64,000 nucleotides of DNA from Rikenellaceae bacterium (GCA_044433705.1 JAWXTG010000007.1:1707-65706), one strand, 5' to 3'; shown: positions 40,148 to 50,116, counted from the first letter of the stretch. Notes: generated from the letters alone by a model not told the origin. Made by a program: numbers and translations.

Positions 40148-42406
40148 CTAGCTTAATCTAATGCTCACCACGGCGCCGCTCGAGATCTTCTCACCAGCCT
40201 TGATGCTCTGCGAGCGCACCGCCCCTTTGCCACTAAACGAGACCCTCAATCCGCGACTCTCGAGGATGAAGAGGGCATCTTTGAACCCCATTCCCACCAC
40301 ATTAGGCATGGTGGTGGTGCTATACTCGATGTCGCTTATCGCCACACGCGATAGGCTGTCGACACTCACCGCGCCCCACTTGCTATCGCCGTCGTGGCGG
40401 GCCGTGCGCGGCGAAAGTTGGTAGCTCACCTCCTCTATCTGCTTGACGTTGCCACCCTTGATGGCCACGGGAAACTTCTCGGCCTCAGCCTCTCCCACCC
40501 TGTCGTACCACTCCTCCTCGGAGTTGTAGAGGTATTGGACGATCTGCTGCTGCGTGCGTCCCGCCAGCCCCGCTCCGTAGTAGGTTCTGCCGTTTCCCGC
40601 GCGCGTATATATAGATGTAAGGACCGTATATTTTGGTTTATCGGCGGGCATATAGGTCACCATACTACCCATGTAGTAGCCATCCTCATACTTGATTTTG
40701 CCCTGAGCCACCTTGGCTGTACCAGTCTTGGCACCAACCTTAAACTCCTTAAAATTACTCATATAGCCCGACGCTGTTCCATCCATGGCCACCTCCTCGA
40801 GGTAGCTGCGGATCAGGTTTAGGTTCTTGTCGGAGCAGATCTTCGGATTGAGCACGTCGCGGTGGTTGTTGCGCACCACCTTGCCATCCTTCTCCACGCG
40901 CGTCACCAACCTTGGGGCCACCATGCAGCCATCGTTGGCCACCGCGTTGTAGAGCGTAAGTATATGGAGCGGCGTGAGTTCAATGGCATATCCGTAGCCT
41001 AAATAGGCGATAGTGTTGTTCGGCGTCCAATTTTTGTCGCCGGGTGAGCGGAAGCTAGGAGCCAAGGCCCCGAACTCCTCGAGCCCCACCGTGCGATCGA
41101 GGTGGAGCGAGCGCAGGAAGTCTACAAAGCGCTCTGGCTCATCGTTATAATGGTCGTGCACCGCCCGTGCGAAGTAGCCGTTGAGCGACTCGATGGTCGC
41201 CGTACGTAGATCCACCTCCGAGAAGCCTTTGTGCGAATCTTGAGCTCGCGCGGTACCCACCATCAAGAGTTTTCCGTTGCCCGAGTCATAAATCTTGTCG
41301 GGCGACATATCGGCCTCCTCGAGCAGCGCCAAAATCGAGGCGAGCTTAAAGGTCGAACCAGGCTCCAATCGCGTGCGCAACGCGTAGTTAAAATCCTCGA
41401 CATAGCGCCCCTTGCCGCTCTGACCGAGGTTAGCCATAGCTAAGATATTTCCTGTTTTCACCTCCATCACCATCGAGGTACCCCAAATGGCATTGTGGCG
41501 AATCATCTCTGTTTCAAGCGATCGCGAGACCACATCTTGAATATCCACGTCGAGCGTGGTGATCACATCGCGCCCATCGAGAGGCTCGACATTGTCGCCC
41601 TCGAGCACCTGGCCGTAGAATCCGCGAGCGATGCGCTGGCGCAGAATTTTGCCTGGATGAGCCGCCAAATCGGAGCTGTAGACCGCCTCGACGCCATAGT
41701 CATTACCGCGATCACCCAGCAGCTTGCCGATGGTGTTACGAGCCAACTCGCCATGGGGGTAGACGCGGGTATCCTCGCGATTGAGGTTGTAGGTGACGCC
41801 CATGTTGTAGTTCAAAATGGGCCATTTTTTTAGCGTTTGCCACTCGGTGAAGTCAACTCGGCGCGGCAGCAGCGCCACAGGTTTATGGTCGCGGATGGTG
41901 TCGTAGAGCTTCACGGTCTCATACTGGTCGCCGCGCAACTTGTCGAGCAGGCGGAACCACCACCCCTCGCTGCGCAACACCGATGTGTCTCTAAGGTATT
42001 GCAGCTGATACCCTTGCTTTCGCCCGTCGTGCATCAATTTGCTATATTGTGCGGCCGATTTATCGCGGAAGTAGCCCGCGAGCAACTTGGCCAAGGAGTC
42101 GCTCTGCTGAAGGAATCGCTCCTGATTGTCGAACCCCTCGCTGCCGTAATCCATATCCACCTGGTAGCTATAGATCGAGACGGCCAGCGGGTCGCCATCG
42201 CGATCGAGGATCATGCCGCGATGTGCGGGCACCTCCTGCCACGTGAAGATTCTCTTATGGAGCCGCTCGGCATTGAAGCGCACCTCGGTCGAGAAGTATT
42301 GGATGTAGATCATGCGCACGATGACCAGGACCACGATTATGATCGAGGTCAAAAAGATATTCTTTGCGCGTTGAAGCATCTTATCTTTTGCAATATTTCT
42401 AGCCAT
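40148..42406 (-). CDS. ftsI: Division transpeptidase PBP3 with PASTA domain
   Basis: RGMILDR, EPGSTFK, SLN, AKTGTA, C-terminal PNVVGM PASTA. Confidence 0.9.
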   Translation of the reverse strand: MARNIAKDKMLQRAKNIFLTSIIIVVLVIVRMIYIQYFSTEVRFNAERLHKRIFTWQEVPAHRGMILDRDGDPLAVSIYSYQVDMDYGSEGFDNQERFLQQSDSLAKLLAGYFRDKSAAQYSKLMHDGRKQGYQLQYLRDTSVLRSEGWWFRLLDKLRGDQYETVKLYDTIRDHKPVALLPRRVDFTEWQTLKKWPILNYNMGVTYNLNREDTRVYPHGELARNTIGKLLGDRGNDYGVEAVYSSDLAAHPGKILRQRIARGFYGQVLEGDNVEPLDGRDVITTLDVDIQDVVSRSLETEMIRHNAIWGTSMVMEVKTGNILAMANLGQSGKGRYVEDFNYALRTRLEPGSTFKLASILALLEEADMSPDKIYDSGNGKLLMVGTARAQDSHKGFSEVDLRTATIESLNGYFARAVHDHYNDEPERFVDFLRSLHLDRTVGLEEFGALAPSFRSPGDKNWTPNNTIAYLGYGYAIELTPLHILTLYNAVANDGCMVAPRLVTRVEKDGKVVRNNHRDVLNPKICSDKNLNLIRSYLEEVAMDGTASGYMSNFKEFKVGAKTGTAKVAQGKIKYEDGYYMGSMVTYMPADKPKYTVLTSIYTRAGNGRTYYGAGLAGRTQQQIVQYLYNSEEEWYDRVGEAEAEKFPVAIKGGNVKQIEEVSYQLSPRTARHDGDSKWGAVSVDSLSRVAISDIEYSTTTMPNVVGMGFKDALFILESRGLRVSFSGKGAVRSQSIKAGEKISSGAVVSIRLS

Positions 42407-42411
42407 CTTTG

Positions 42412-42945
42412 TTACTTCTCAATAATTGTTTTAGCCTCCTGCATGTCGTAGAGCGGGATGTTACGCGCCTTCAACTCCTTGACAATTGCCGAGTGCGATG
42501 TCTTGTTAAAACGCGCCTTGCGATACTCGAGTGAGCGTTCGCGAAGTAGCTGTACATCTCTGGATTTCAGGGTATACTGCTCGCTTAGGTGGAACGAGTA
42601 GAAGATCGAAACAACGCTAAAAAATAGCGTTGCTGCGACAACCAGCAGGTAGCGATAGGTGCCTGTGATGCCCTCCAAAATAAGCCAGTTGCCCGATATA
42701 AATTGCCAAAACGGGTTGGCCTCGCGGGCAATCCTCCGCTCTTCGCGTCGCTGCTCCTCCTGCTGCTCGGCTATCTGCTCGGGGGTCAACTCCTGCTGCT
42801 CGGCGGTGGGGTCGGCGGGGTCGGCGGCGGGGTCGGTGGGCTGGTCGTTGCGTTCGACGTGCACCACTTCTACCTCTACCCGACGCTCAAAATTGGGATC
42901 GGAGTCGGGCGGTGGAAACTCATATGGATTAAACTCTCTGCTCAT
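42412..42945 (-). CDS. ftsL: FtsL-like cell division protein with acidic N-terminal extension
   Basis: Single TM plus coiled coil, between rsmH and ftsI. Confidence 0.65.
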   Translation of the reverse strand: MSREFNPYEFPPPDSDPNFERRVEVEVVHVERNDQPTDPAADPADPTAEQQELTPEQIAEQQEEQRREERRIAREANPFWQFISGNWLILEGITGTYRYLLVVAATLFFSVVSIFYSFHLSEQYTLKSRDVQLLRERSLEYRKARFNKTSHSAIVKELKARNIPLYDMQEAKTIIEK

Positions 42946-42964
42946 AACGGTGGCCTACGGCACT

Positions 42965-43879
42965 TTATAGTTTAATTGCGGCGCGCATCTTGGCGCTTCT
43001 CGAGCGTGGATTGCGCTCGATCTCCTCGGCCGAAGGTGCTATAGCTTTGCGTGTTACCAACTCAAACGGAGTTTGAGAGTGGCCATAAAAATCCTTTTCG
43101 ACCTTGCCCTCGAAGTTGCCGCTACGCATGAAATTTTTCACCAAACGATCCTCCAACGAGTGGTACGAGATGACAACCAGACGTCCGCCAGGCTTCAGCA
43201 CCTTTAGGCTCTGCTCGAGCGCCATCTTGAGCGCCTCCATCTCGCCATTCACCTCAATTCTAAGCGCTTGGAAGAGCTTGGTCAGGAACTTCGACTCATC
43301 CTTTTTCGGGGTGCATGGTGCCACTGCGGCCACCAATTCGGCCGTGGTTGTGATCGGTGCCTGGGCACGCGCACGCTCCAAGCAGTTGGCGATCTTGAAG
43401 GGGGTAGGTAGTTCGCCCCAATCGCGCAAAATGCGGATCAACTCCTCGTTGGTGTATCGATTCACAACGTCTGCCGCCGTGAGTTTACCGCGCTGATTCA
43501 TACGCATATCGAGCGGCGCCGAGCCTCGAAACGAGAATCCTCGCTCCACGGCGTCGAAGTGGTGCGACGAGACCCCTAAATCGGCCAAAATTGAGTCCAC
43601 TTCGTTTACACCACGCAGGCGAAGCGCCCCGCGCAAAAAACGGAAGTTACTCTCGACGTAGTGGAAATGGGGCGAAGAGGGCGCATTATCGCGCGTATCT
43701 CGGTCTTGGTCAAAGGAGTAGAGCGCCCCCGCCCCCTGCAGATGCGAGAGGATATGGCGTGAGTGTCCACCCCCACCAAAGGTCAAATCGGCATAAACTC
43801 CCTCGGGTGTAATGTTCATCAATTCGACCGACTCTTCGAGCAGAACTGGTGTATGGTAGTCACTTGTGTATTGGATCAT
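42965..43879 (-). CDS. rsmH: 16S rRNA m4C1402 methyltransferase
   Basis: YHTPVLL, TFGGGGHS, DLGVSSHH, FQALRIEVN, NPRSRSAK. Confidence 0.96.
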   Translation of the reverse strand: MIQYTSDYHTPVLLEESVELMNITPEGVYADLTFGGGGHSRHILSHLQGAGALYSFDQDRDTRDNAPSSPHFHYVESNFRFLRGALRLRGVNEVDSILADLGVSSHHFDAVERGFSFRGSAPLDMRMNQRGKLTAADVVNRYTNEELIRILRDWGELPTPFKIANCLERARAQAPITTTAELVAAVAPCTPKKDESKFLTKLFQALRIEVNGEMEALKMALEQSLKVLKPGGRLVVISYHSLEDRLVKNFMRSGNFEGKVEKDFYGHSQTPFELVTRKAIAPSAEEIERNPRSRSAKMRAAIKL

Positions 43880-43971
43880 CGTAGAAAAAAATATATTTGG
43901 GTGTAAAGTTAATTAATTTGTACGAAAAAAGCTATATTTGCACAATAAATATTTGCTAAAACTACTTAAAT

Positions 43972-44790
43972 ATGCCACTACTCGATATTCCAGCAGTAAT
44001 CGCCTCGAAAGCACCCAAGGCCGCCAAGTATATTCCAGGCTTCATCTACAGCTATCTCAAGCGCATTCTCCACCAAGATGGGCTCAACGAGATCTTGAGC
44101 GACGGGTGGAATCTGAGCCCGCAACAATTTGTGCAGGCGACATTTAAGCGCTGGAAAATCACCTACACCATCGAGGGTCTCGAGAAGCTCGACCCCAACG
44201 GCCGCTACATCTTCGCCGCAAACCACCCCTTCGGCGGGATGGATGGAATGATGATCGCCGACTGCCTAATCGAGCACTTCGGCGACGCGCGAGTTGTGGT
44301 CAACGACATGTTGATGCACCTCGAACCGCTCAAGCCCATTTGGATACCAGTCAACACTTTAGGCGCTCAAAATCCCGAATATGTGCGTCTTTTCGAGGAT
44401 GGTTTCGCCTCGAATCTTCCAATTTTGATGTTTCCTGCAGGAATTTGTTCACGCGTGGTCGAGGGTAAAATCGCCGATCTGCAGTGGAAAAATACCTTCG
44501 TGCGCCGCGCCCATGCCACTGGTCGACAGGTGGTTCCGTTGCACGTTGAGGGGTCGCTTCACAAGGGATTTTACAGGATCTACAGATGGCGTAAAGCGCT
44601 GGGAATCAAGGCTAATATCGAGATGCTATATCTGGTCGACGGCATGTTCCGCCAGCAGGGCAAGAGCTTTAGAATGAGCGTGGGCGAGCCGCTAACTAGT
44701 GAGCAATTAAAGGGGTACGGATCAATCAAGGAGCAGGTCGAAGAAGTACGTAAAAAGACCTATTCTATGCAAAAGTGTGACACAAAGTAG
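43972..44790 (+). CDS. PlsC-like acyltransferase (GlsA-like O-acyltransferase)
   Basis: NHPFGGMD (HX4D), MFPAG; paired with a GNAT gene. Confidence 0.8.
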   Translation: MPLLDIPAVIASKAPKAAKYIPGFIYSYLKRILHQDGLNEILSDGWNLSPQQFVQATFKRWKITYTIEGLEKLDPNGRYIFAANHPFGGMDGMMIADCLIEHFGDARVVVNDMLMHLEPLKPIWIPVNTLGAQNPEYVRLFEDGFASNLPILMFPAGICSRVVEGKIADLQWKNTFVRRAHATGRQVVPLHVEGSLHKGFYRIYRWRKALGIKANIEMLYLVDGMFRQQGKSFRMSVGEPLTSEQLKGYGSIKEQVEEVRKKTYSMQKCDTK

Positions 44791-44842
44791 TATAATTAAA
44801 AAAATAAACATTATATTTGTAAATAGTTTTACACAAAATATA

Positions 44843-45835
44843 ATGGAAATTCCGATTACAAAACCCATCGCAAGAGAGTTATTGCTTGCTGAACTGAGCC
44901 CCGAACGCAAGGTTCGCGACACCAACAAAGCCGACAACGAAATCTACATCTTCTCGGCTGCCGAGTGCCCCAACCTCATGCGCGAAGTGGGTCGATTGCG
45001 CGAAGAGTCTTTTCGCCAGGCGGGCGGAGGAACAGGCAATGAAGTAGATATAGATCAGGCAGATACAGCCCCCGACGGCTACCTGCAACTTATCGTGTGG
45101 GATGGCGCCGAGCAGGAGATCGTTGGCGGATATCGCTTCATAATTTGCAAAAACTCACACCCCCAAAACCTCTCCACGGAGCACTATTTCGACTTCTCCG
45201 ACAAATTCCGCGAGGAGTACCTGCCATACACCATCGAGCTTGGTCGCTCATTTGTGCAGTGCAAATACCAACCGCGCAACAACCGCAAGGGAATCTACGC
45301 ACTCGACAACCTTTGGGATGGCCTAGGCGCGCTGATCGTATTCAGCCCCCAGAGCCGCTACTTCTTTGGCAAGATCACAATGTACACCACATTCAACACC
45401 GAAGCTCGCGACTTGATTCTATCATTCTTCAAGCACTACTTCCCTGATAAAGAGTTACTTATAGGTGCAAAAAGTCCGCTCGCAACAGGCGTCGCACCCG
45501 ACACCTTCAGCCAGCTATTTGTAGGCAAAAGCTACGAAGAGAACTACAAAATATTGATGCAATCGGTGCGCCAATTGGGCGAAACAATACCCCCACTCTT
45601 CAACGCCTACATGAGTCTATCGCCAAACATGAAGACCTTCGACACCTTCCTCAATACCGACTTCGGCGAGGTGGAGGAGACAGGCATCTTGATCAGCATG
45701 CGCGACATATATCCCGAGAAGCTAGAGCGTTACACCCAGTGGGACGAGGTCAAGAAGAGACCTACAGCGCTTCTCAACAGATGGAAAACGCGCCTACAAG
45801 CGCTTCGTCACACAACAAAACTTAGTCACCGCTAA
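44843..45835 (+). CDS. GNAT N-acyltransferase (GlsB/OlsB-like, amino-lipid synthesis)
   Basis: EVGRLREESFR..GGGTG, QLIVWD..EIVGGYR, IELGRSFV, LDNLWDGL, IPPLFNAY. Confidence 0.8.
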   Translation: MEIPITKPIARELLLAELSPERKVRDTNKADNEIYIFSAAECPNLMREVGRLREESFRQAGGGTGNEVDIDQADTAPDGYLQLIVWDGAEQEIVGGYRFIICKNSHPQNLSTEHYFDFSDKFREEYLPYTIELGRSFVQCKYQPRNNRKGIYALDNLWDGLGALIVFSPQSRYFFGKITMYTTFNTEARDLILSFFKHYFPDKELLIGAKSPLATGVAPDTFSQLFVGKSYEENYKILMQSVRQLGETIPPLFNAYMSLSPNMKTFDTFLNTDFGEVEETGILISMRDIYPEKLERYTQWDEVKKRPTALLNRWKTRLQALRHTTKLSHR

Positions 45836-45844
45836 ACCCAAAAT

Positions 45845-46417
45845 ATGGCATCTCTAGACCAAACAATATCCGAAATCATCACCATACTCCGCTCAGGCGG
45901 CATCATCCTATACCCCACCGACACGGTGTGGGGCATCGGCTGCGACGCAACAAATGCCGAGGCGGTAGCCAAGATCTACGCCCTGAAAGGCAACGAGGAT
46001 AAGAAAGCTATGCTCGTGCTCTGCAACAACGCCAACATGGTGGTGCGCTACGTCAACCGCGCACCAGGAATCGCCTTCGAGGTGATGGAGATGAGCGAAA
46101 AGCCCCTCACCGCAATCCTCCCAGGGGCCGCAGGGCTAGCCCCAAACCTCATCCCCGAGGAGAAAACCCTCGGCGTGAGGATTCCACAACACGAATTCTG
46201 CGAACGTCTACTATTTAAATTCGGACGCCCCATAGTCTCAACATCCGCCAACATATCAGGCGAAGCAACACCAAAGCGTTTTAACGAGATCAGCCGCGAG
46301 ATCGTCGAAGGGGTCGACTACGTCGTTCACCCACGATTCGAAGGCAAACCAACACGCCAACCATCGGCAATAATCGCATTCAGCGAAGATGGAGCAATAA
46401 AAATTATCCGCGACTAA
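45845..46417 (+). CDS. tsaC: L-threonylcarbamoyladenylate synthase (Sua5/YrdC)
   Basis: YPTDTVWGIGCDA, GVRIP, STSANISG. Confidence 0.92.
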   Translation: MASLDQTISEIITILRSGGIILYPTDTVWGIGCDATNAEAVAKIYALKGNEDKKAMLVLCNNANMVVRYVNRAPGIAFEVMEMSEKPLTAILPGAAGLAPNLIPEEKTLGVRIPQHEFCERLLFKFGRPIVSTSANISGEATPKRFNEISREIVEGVDYVVHPRFEGKPTRQPSAIIAFSEDGAIKIIRD

Positions 46418-46422
46418 ATTCT

Positions 46423-46921
46423 GTGCGCTCTTGGGTTGGCCTGGGTCTGACTCCGTCGGGCGCAGATAGCACCTGCGCGGGTGCTTACATACGCTGCGGC
46501 GATTTGCTGGTCGCTTGCGCTCCTGTCGATAAATATATTAGATTATTTTTCCCCGAGAGTAAACTCTCAAAAAAATAATCTAATATATTTATCTGCGTCA
46601 ACCTACGGTTGCCACTTGCAAATCTCCGAATGGCTAGACCAATACATAACTCGCAACTCCTAACTCTTAACTCACAATTGGTATTGAATCTTAGTTGGTT
46701 ACGATTCGAATTGGGTTTAAATGCTGTAAGCATTTAATAAATTTTAGAGGTTGGTGCGCAGCTCAAATTTATTTGAAGCGGCGCGCTAACCTCTAAAATC
46801 ATAGAACTTTAGCAAAAGTTCTATGCCCAATATCGCGGCACAATATACACCCGCGGAGGTGTTATCTCCGCCCGACGGAGTCAGTAGTAAACGTCCGAAA
46901 GCGGAGTCAGCTGCAAGCGCA
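46423..46921. repeat. Structured intergenic repeat, copy 4 (full length, opposite orientation to copy 3)
   Basis: Both end motifs, module B with a perfect 23-bp stem (46528-46550/46571-46593), heptamers, module A. Confidence 0.93.
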
Positions 46922-47020
46922 TGGAAATAATTTTCATCTCTTTATCGTGAATAAACATCTTGAAAATTTCGGGATAATCCATAAATATTCGTATCTTTGC
47001 CCATTAGAGCAATTAGGCAG

Positions 47021-48487
47021 ATGTTAGAGAAGTTAGCGAAACAGAGTGCGATATATGGAGTTAGCACAATTGTCGGCAGGTTACTGAGTTACCTGCTTAC
47101 GCCCTACTATACTCGGATCTTTGGTCCCAGTGAGTTTGGCGTGATCACCGACATCTATGCGCTGATCCCTTTTGTGCTGGTGCTGCTCTCGATGGGTATG
47201 GAGTCGAGCTACTTCCGTTTTGCCGCTAAGGCCGAGGCGGAAGGTGGTGATATTGAGGCATCTAAGGGGCGACTATTCTCTACGGCGTGGGGCGTGACGT
47301 CGCTTGCGGCGGTGCTCTTTTTTGGAGCTGTGCTTCTCTTCGATGGGCCGCTTTCGCGAGCTATGGGCGATGCCTATGTTGCCAATCCAATCTATTTAAT
47401 TATCGTTGCAGCTATCGTGATGTTCGATGTGGCTACGTTGATCCCCTTTGCTCGCTTGAGGGAGCAGGGGCACGCTAAGAAGTACGTGGTTTCCAAGCTC
47501 TTAAATATTATTTTGCAGGTGGCTCTGGCCTTTGGCTTTGGTGTTGCGGGGCTCTTCAGCACATCGTTTGGGGTGGGTTGGGCGCTGGTGGCTAACCTTG
47601 TGGCCAGCGTGATCACTTTTGTGGCGATCTTGACAACCACTTCGGGGCGAGCTCCACGCATCGACTTGGTGCTGCTTTCGGCTCTCTTTGCCTACTCTTT
47701 CCCGCTGCTGCTGAGCGGAGTAACAGCTACGGCAACAGACTTTATCGATCGTCAGATGATCAAGTTCCTCATCCCCGAGGGGGCGATGGCGCAGCTGGGA
47801 ATCTATGGCGCAGTGGTGAAGATTGGCGTTGTGATGACGCTCTTCACGCAGATGTACCGCCTCGCTGCCGAGCCGTTTTTCCTCTCCAATTTCAAGAAGG
47901 AGGACTTTGTTGCGATGAATGCTGCCGCGATGAAGTACTTTGTGATGGCCTCGATGGCGATCTTTTTGGGCATCGCACTCTTCAAAGATCTCTTTGCTTT
48001 GATCGTAGGGCCCAACTTTAGAGAGGGTATCTATATTTTGCCTATAGTGCTGGGCGCCAATGTGTTGATGGGTGTGTGGTTCAACCTTTCGTTTTGGTAT
48101 AAGCGCGAAGAGCGCACGTGGTTGGCTATCGTTATCACCTTGGCGGGGTTGGCTTCGACCATCGTTTTCAACCTCATTTTTGTCCCTAAGTGGGGCTATT
48201 ATGGCGCTGCGTGGGCGCGTTTCGTGGGCGAGGGCGTGATGGTCGTGGTGAGCTATACGCTCAACCGCCGACTCTACCCAATTCCATACCAAATGGGGCG
48301 AATTGCGGAGTATGTTTTGTTGGCTCTGTTGCTCTTTGGGGCGAGCCTTTGGGGCGACAATCTAGGTCAGGCGGCCTCTTATGGGGTCAACTTAGCACTG
48401 CTTTGTACCTATATTATATACGCTTCGTGGCGCGAAAAGATAGATGTGGCGGGGTTAGTTAGGTCGGTTTTGAAATTAAAAAGATAG
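47021..48487 (+). CDS. Polysaccharide/oligosaccharide flippase (Wzx/MOP family)
   Basis: LAKQSAIYGVSTIVGR..YLLTP.YT, ~13-14 TM segments, AAEPFF; promoter TATCTTTG at 46992-46999. Confidence 0.82.
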   Translation: MLEKLAKQSAIYGVSTIVGRLLSYLLTPYYTRIFGPSEFGVITDIYALIPFVLVLLSMGMESSYFRFAAKAEAEGGDIEASKGRLFSTAWGVTSLAAVLFFGAVLLFDGPLSRAMGDAYVANPIYLIIVAAIVMFDVATLIPFARLREQGHAKKYVVSKLLNIILQVALAFGFGVAGLFSTSFGVGWALVANLVASVITFVAILTTTSGRAPRIDLVLLSALFAYSFPLLLSGVTATATDFIDRQMIKFLIPEGAMAQLGIYGAVVKIGVVMTLFTQMYRLAAEPFFLSNFKKEDFVAMNAAAMKYFVMASMAIFLGIALFKDLFALIVGPNFREGIYILPIVLGANVLMGVWFNLSFWYKREERTWLAIVITLAGLASTIVFNLIFVPKWGYYGAAWARFVGEGVMVVVSYTLNRRLYPIPYQMGRIAEYVLLALLLFGASLWGDNLGQAASYGVNLALLCTYIIYASWREKIDVAGLVRSVLKLKR

Positions 48488-48489
48488 AT

Positions 48490-49632
48490 ATGAGATTTTC
48501 GGATGTAGTTGGACAAGAGGAGCTTAAGGCTCGATTGCGCGAGAGTATTGACGCAGGTCGCATCTCGCACGCACAGCTCTTTAGCGGAGCTGCGGGGCAT
48601 GGCGCACTGCCGCTAGCTTTGGCCTATGTTCAGTATCTCAACTGCACGGCTCGCACGGCCGACGACTCGTGTGGTGAGTGCCCCTCGTGTCGACAGATTG
48701 CGACCTTGGCGCACCCCGACCTGCACTTTGCGCTGCCCGTGAACCGCCAGGGTAAAAAAGCGGGAGAGACCCCTATAACCGACGATTTTCTTGCGCTTTG
48801 GCGCAGCGTTGCGGCTAGGCAAAGGGGCTATGTGGCGCCTCGAGATTGGTATAAAGCGTTGGATCTTGGCAAGACCCTTAAGGGGGTGATCACCGCTAAG
48901 GAGGCCGATAAAATTGTTGAAAAACTTGCTTTGAAAAGCTATGGCGAGGGGTATAAAACGATGATTATTTGGCTCCCCGAGATGATGAACGAGCAGGCGG
49001 CCAACAAGATCCTTAAGATTTTGGAGGAGCCTTGGGAGCGAACACTTTTCATCTTGATTACCGAGCGTGGCGATAGGCTGCTGCCAACGATTATATCTCG
49101 TACTCAGGAGGTTACGGTGCCACGAATTACCGATGGAGCTGTTGCCGCTTACTGCATGGGGCGCGGAGTGGAGGAGCAGATGGCGCAAAAAATTGCGCGC
49201 TTCGCCTGTGGCGATCTGTTGAAGGCACGCGAGATAATTGCGGGCGAACGCAACGAGGAGCAGGTTACAGCCTTTGAGCTCTTTTGTGCGCTTATGCGCC
49301 TGAGCTACAACGATAAGCACCTCGAGTTGGTGGGTTGGGCCGAAGATGTTGCGCGCCTAAATCGCGATGCTCAGCTCTCATTTTTGAGCCACACAGCGCG
49401 ACTTTTGCGCGAGGCGTACGTTCGTCACGCAGGTTTGGCAGAAATTAGCTATATTTGGGGCGACGAGGCGGACTTTTGCAATAAATTTGCACCATTTATT
49501 GGCAACCAAAATATCGAGAAGCTCATCGATGAGGTGGAGACGGCAACGCGCCAAATCCACCAAAATGGCAACTCGACAATAGTTTTTACCCACTTTGCGT
49601 TGGTAGTAAGTAAGCAGATCAACCGACTATGA
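48490..49632 (+). CDS. holB: DNA polymerase III subunit delta'
   Basis: FSDVVGQ, HAQLF, C..C..C Zn site, HPDLHF, AANKILKILEEP, LLPTIISR. Confidence 0.92.
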   Translation: MRFSDVVGQEELKARLRESIDAGRISHAQLFSGAAGHGALPLALAYVQYLNCTARTADDSCGECPSCRQIATLAHPDLHFALPVNRQGKKAGETPITDDFLALWRSVAARQRGYVAPRDWYKALDLGKTLKGVITAKEADKIVEKLALKSYGEGYKTMIIWLPEMMNEQAANKILKILEEPWERTLFILITERGDRLLPTIISRTQEVTVPRITDGAVAAYCMGRGVEEQMAQKIARFACGDLLKAREIIAGERNEEQVTAFELFCALMRLSYNDKHLELVGWAEDVARLNRDAQLSFLSHTARLLREAYVRHAGLAEISYIWGDEADFCNKFAPFIGNQNIEKLIDEVETATRQIHQNGNSTIVFTHFALVVSKQINRL

Positions 49633-50114
49633 TTGAGGCTGTGCTGTTGCTGGGGGGCAATGTGGGTTCGGTGGAGCGGACCTTCGAGGGGGTCAAGTGC
49701 GACCTGGAGCGCGAGGTGGGCGACATTGTCCGCTGCTCTTCGGTTATGCGCTCGGCGGCGTGGGGATTTTGCGCCGACGACTTCCTAAATGAGGCGGTGA
49801 TCGTTGCGACGAAGCTCTCCGCCGAGGAGCTGCTCGATGCCACGCAGAGGATCGAAAAAAGGTGGGGTCGAACTCGCGAAGAGGAGCAGAGAGAGAAGAT
49901 TTTGAGCGGTGAAAAGTACACTTCGCGCTCAATTGATATAGATATAATTTTTTATGGCGACGCGGTGATCGAGAGTGAACGTTTGGTTGTGCCGCACTTA
50001 CTTATGACTAAGCGTGAGTTTGTGTTGGAGCCTATTGCTCAGATCGCTCCGCACTTAGTTCACCCTGAGTGTGGCAAGAGCGTAGCCGAATTGTTAAATG
50101 AATTAAAAGCTTGA
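49629..50114 (+). CDS. folK: HPPK (6-hydroxymethyl-7,8-dihydropterin pyrophosphokinase)
   Basis: LLGGNVG, FLNEA, SRSIDIDII, L.VPH..M..REFVLEP. Confidence 0.92.
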   Translation: MIEAVLLLGGNVGSVERTFEGVKCDLEREVGDIVRCSSVMRSAAWGFCADDFLNEAVIVATKLSAEELLDATQRIEKRWGRTREEEQREKILSGEKYTSRSIDIDIIFYGDAVIESERLVVPHLLMTKREFVLEPIAQIAPHLVHPECGKSVAELLNELKA

Positions 50115-50116
50115 CA

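Noticed and set aside
46600-46640. CCGAATGG resembles the HDV ribozyme J4/2 strand
   Set aside because: I could not build the nested double pseudoknot by eye, and the wobble pattern favours the other strand for module B
11311-48292. Long antisense/shadow ORFs (11311-12114, 15494-16360, 32094-32939, 33831-34646, 47501-48292 and others)
   Set aside because: They lie opposite well-supported genes, show no recognisable motifs, and are expected from codon bias
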